Assembly: GCA_964252075.1 (NCBI GenBank)
Contig: CAXULY010000046.1
Location: 1-40,207, forward strand
From: an uncultured Deinococcaceae bacterium
GTDB lineage: Bacteria; Deinococcota; Deinococci; Deinococcales; Deinococcaceae
Direction of reading: 5' to 3'
Length of the DNA stretch: 40,207 nt
Positions 38,252 to 40,207 of the stretch are shown here, one piece after another (position 1 is the stretch's first letter; every line of letters begins with the position of its first letter). The position numbers and the translations under genes are program-made. The notes under the pieces were generated by a model. That model saw only the letters and a list, made by a program, of their open reading frames with translations, searched no databases and had not been told where the DNA came from.

Positions 38252-38355
38252 ACAAAAGATTCGGCGGGTCCTCGAAAGGACCCGCCTGAACCTTGGCTGG
38301 ATCTTCCCACGTTCAAGCTTCTCGGGTTTCCCTTTGAAAGCCTTCGCAAGAAGGT
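38252..38355 (-). ncRNA. predicted ~105-nt small regulatory RNA
   Basis: Has its own promoter, two 5' stem-loops, a single-stranded segment complementary to the downstream leader, and a UUCG-capped 10-bp terminator with UCUUUU. Confidence 0.7.
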
Positions 38356-38361
38356 GATGTC

Positions 38362-38390
38362 AAAGTAGTGGCGGGGCGGCAGGCTGTCAA
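38362..38390 (-). promoter_or_regulatory. promoter of the predicted sRNA
   Basis: TTGACA-17 nt-TACTTT. Confidence 0.75.
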
Positions 38391-38479
38391 GTGGCCTTGC
38401 GCGCTCGCTGCTTGGATCGCGGGAGGGCGTCGCCGGTTTTCCTCGGGTTCTCCCGTTCGGCGTGGCAGAACCGCCTTTA

Positions 38480-39380
38480 AAGTGCGTTTGAGAAGGGGTG
38501 GGGTCTAGGGTATTTTATGGCTCCTGGTGCGTACTCGAGTGACCTCACGGATGCAGAATGGAACCTCCTCGAACCGCTCCTGCCCCCCGATCAGGGTGGA
38601 GGACGGCCCCGCTAGTGGCCGTTGCGCTGGATCCTGAACGGCATCTTCTACGTCCTGCGAGGTGGCCATGCTTGGCGGCTGATGCCCCACGACCTGCCGC
38701 CCTGGCAGACGGTGTATGACGACCACCGAATTTGGCGGCTGAGACGCATCTGGGAAGCACTCCACACCGCCCTTCGTGAGCTGGTCCGGATGCGCGAGGG
38801 CCGCGAAGCTCCGCCGAGTGCTGGCATCATCGACAGCCAGTCCGTCAAAACCACCGAGGCCGGCGGACCTCGCGGGTACGACGGCGGCAAGAAGGTTCAC
38901 GGACGGAAGCGGCACATCCTAGTCGACACCCTCGGGCTCGTCATGGCGATCAAGGTGCACGAAGGGAACCTGCAAGACCGCGCGGGGGCGGTGTTGCTCC
39001 TGCGCGATCTGGGAAATGTCTTCCCGCGCATGCAGCATGTTTGGGCGGATGCCGGGTATACGGGCAAGCTGGGAAGTGAGATGAAGACGCATCTGGGGTG
39101 GACCCTGGAGATCGTCAAGCATCCCTGGTCCGGCAACCTGACCACCTGGGCCCCCATCGACAAGCCGCCTCCGCCGATCGAGGTGCCCGTGGGCTTTGTG
39201 GTGCTGAAGCGCCGCTGGGTGGTGGAACGCACCTTCGCTTGGCTGGGTAAATCCAGGCGCATGGCCAAGGATTACGAAGCACTGGTGGACACAGCGGAAA
39301 ACCTGGTGGACGAGGTCATGATCCGCCTGATGCTCCACCGCCTCGCAAAAAGCGCGTCCTGATGCTTCTCAAACGCACTT
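38480..39380 (+). mobile_element. IS5-family insertion sequence (~901 bp)
   Basis: Perfect TIRs AAGTGCGTTTGAGAAG / CTTCTCAAACGCACTT, flanked by TA on both sides. Confidence 0.92.
38517..39362 (+). pseudogene. IS5-family transposase with in-frame TAG at codon 33
   Basis: YSSDLTDAEW...GRPR*WPLR; IIDSQSVK, GRKRHILVDTLG, WADAGY, RWVVERTFAWL. Confidence 0.9.
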
Positions 39381-40034
39381 TAGTACGGTCTGCCGTCGAG
39401 ATCGCAGCTCAGCGCACCGGGCGGGGTGCCGTTCACGCCAATCCAGCCGTGCCAGCCACCCTCGCCGTGCAGGTTCACGCTCGGGCTGGCGCTGATCAGT
39501 GGCAGGGTGCCCGTGACCGTCCAGCCGTCGCGCGCGGGGTTGCCGTCCGGGCGGCCATACGCCCAGTCCGGGCTGAACCATTGATGCGCACTGCCTGGCA
39601 GCTTGACCACGTACACGCCGCGCGTCGCCTGGTGCTGCTCGCGGTACTGTCGGGAGATCCGGTACGGCTGCCCCCAGTGGTCGCCCAGCGCCGCCTCAAA
39701 GCACGACCCTGCAGGCAGAGCCTTCAGGGTCGCGGCGGTGCCGTCCGGCAGCAGCCACAGGCGGTCATCGTTGATCTGCCGCTCGTCGGTTTCGAGCAAC
39801 GCCACGGCGTCCGCGGCCACGCTGGGCCAGCGGGGGTCCATCCGTGGGGTACGCAGCGTCCGCCTGCACGCCCGTCCCGTCGTACGGCGCGCCCGGCATC
39901 ACGACCTCACCTACTTCCACCTCGACGTTGCTGAACGGCCGGTCCCCCGCGCGGTACCGGCGCAAGGTGTCGCGGAAGCGGTCGGTGGGCATCACGACCA
40001 CCAGCGGATACCCGCGCGCGTCGGGCGGCGTCAC
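39380..40034 (-). pseudogene. hypothetical gene split by a frameshift near 39845 (C-terminal GWTVTG...SPSVN...WHGW motif)
   Basis: ORFs 39765..40034 and 39380..39841 overlap and both read as protein; they could be two genes. Confidence 0.5.
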
Positions 40035-40207
40035 TGGTCGCGGGCCTGCACCTGTAGGTGCGCGTCCACCTGAGCCACGACCTTCTGCGCGATCTGCTCG
40101 GCGGCCGGTCCTTCGTGGTCGTGCACCTCGACGGTCTGGCCCACAGCCAGGGTGCTGGCGTTCGGCGCCAGCACTGAGGCGCGCGGACGCCCCGCCAGGC
40201 CGTCTTT
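40031..40207 (-). CDS. partial CDS (3' end only)
   Basis: ...VLAPNASTLAVGQTVEVHDHEGPAAEQIAQKVVAQVDAHLQVQARDQ*; GTGA overlap with the next ORF. Confidence 0.5.
   Translation of the reverse strand, partial: KDGLAGRPRASVLAPNASTLAVGQTVEVHDHEGPAAEQIAQKVVAQVDAHLQVQARDQ

Noticed and set aside
37146..38355. Type I toxin-antitoxin or Cas12f/TnpB-sigma RNA-guided system
   Set aside because: The target mRNA encodes a 320-aa sigma-like protein rather than a small hydrophobic toxin, and no RuvC/TnpB-like ORF was recognised
1..40207. tRNA, rRNA, integrase, Rep or Par genes
   Set aside because: None recognised, so plasmid versus ICE cannot be decided from this window

Overview
GC-rich segment of a conjugative element (plasmid or ICE), most likely from Deinococcus: it has a double-OB-fold SSB ending ...DFPPEEEDLPF and many apparently leaderless genes. 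Most genes are on the minus strand. Reading right to left: (1) an IS5-family element with a nonsense mutation; (2) a regulatory block made of a predicted ~105-nt sRNA, a divergent sigma70-like gene and two unknown ORFs; (3) an intact type IV secretion/conjugation region (VirB4, VirB5-like, VirB6-like, VirD4, VirB9-like, VirB10-like, pilin, VirB3-like, lytic transglycosylase, SpoIIIAA-like ATPase, Replic_Relax-type relaxase), interrupted by two cargo blocks (MerR-TipAS-HEAT plus ADP-ribosylglycohydrolase; vapBC plus a secreted protein); (4) a phased repeat array; (5) a partly decayed leading-region-like block (ssb, SF1 helicase, NADAR and SprT remnants, GNAT). The main hypothesis is an undescribed conjugation control circuit. 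A tandem sRNA is perfectly complementary (14 nt) to a YUNR-loop hairpin in the leader of the sigma-like gene, and a shared GCGCA-NN-SANNNT motif precedes each tra sub-operon. All family calls come from motif recognition by eye; no database searches were run.
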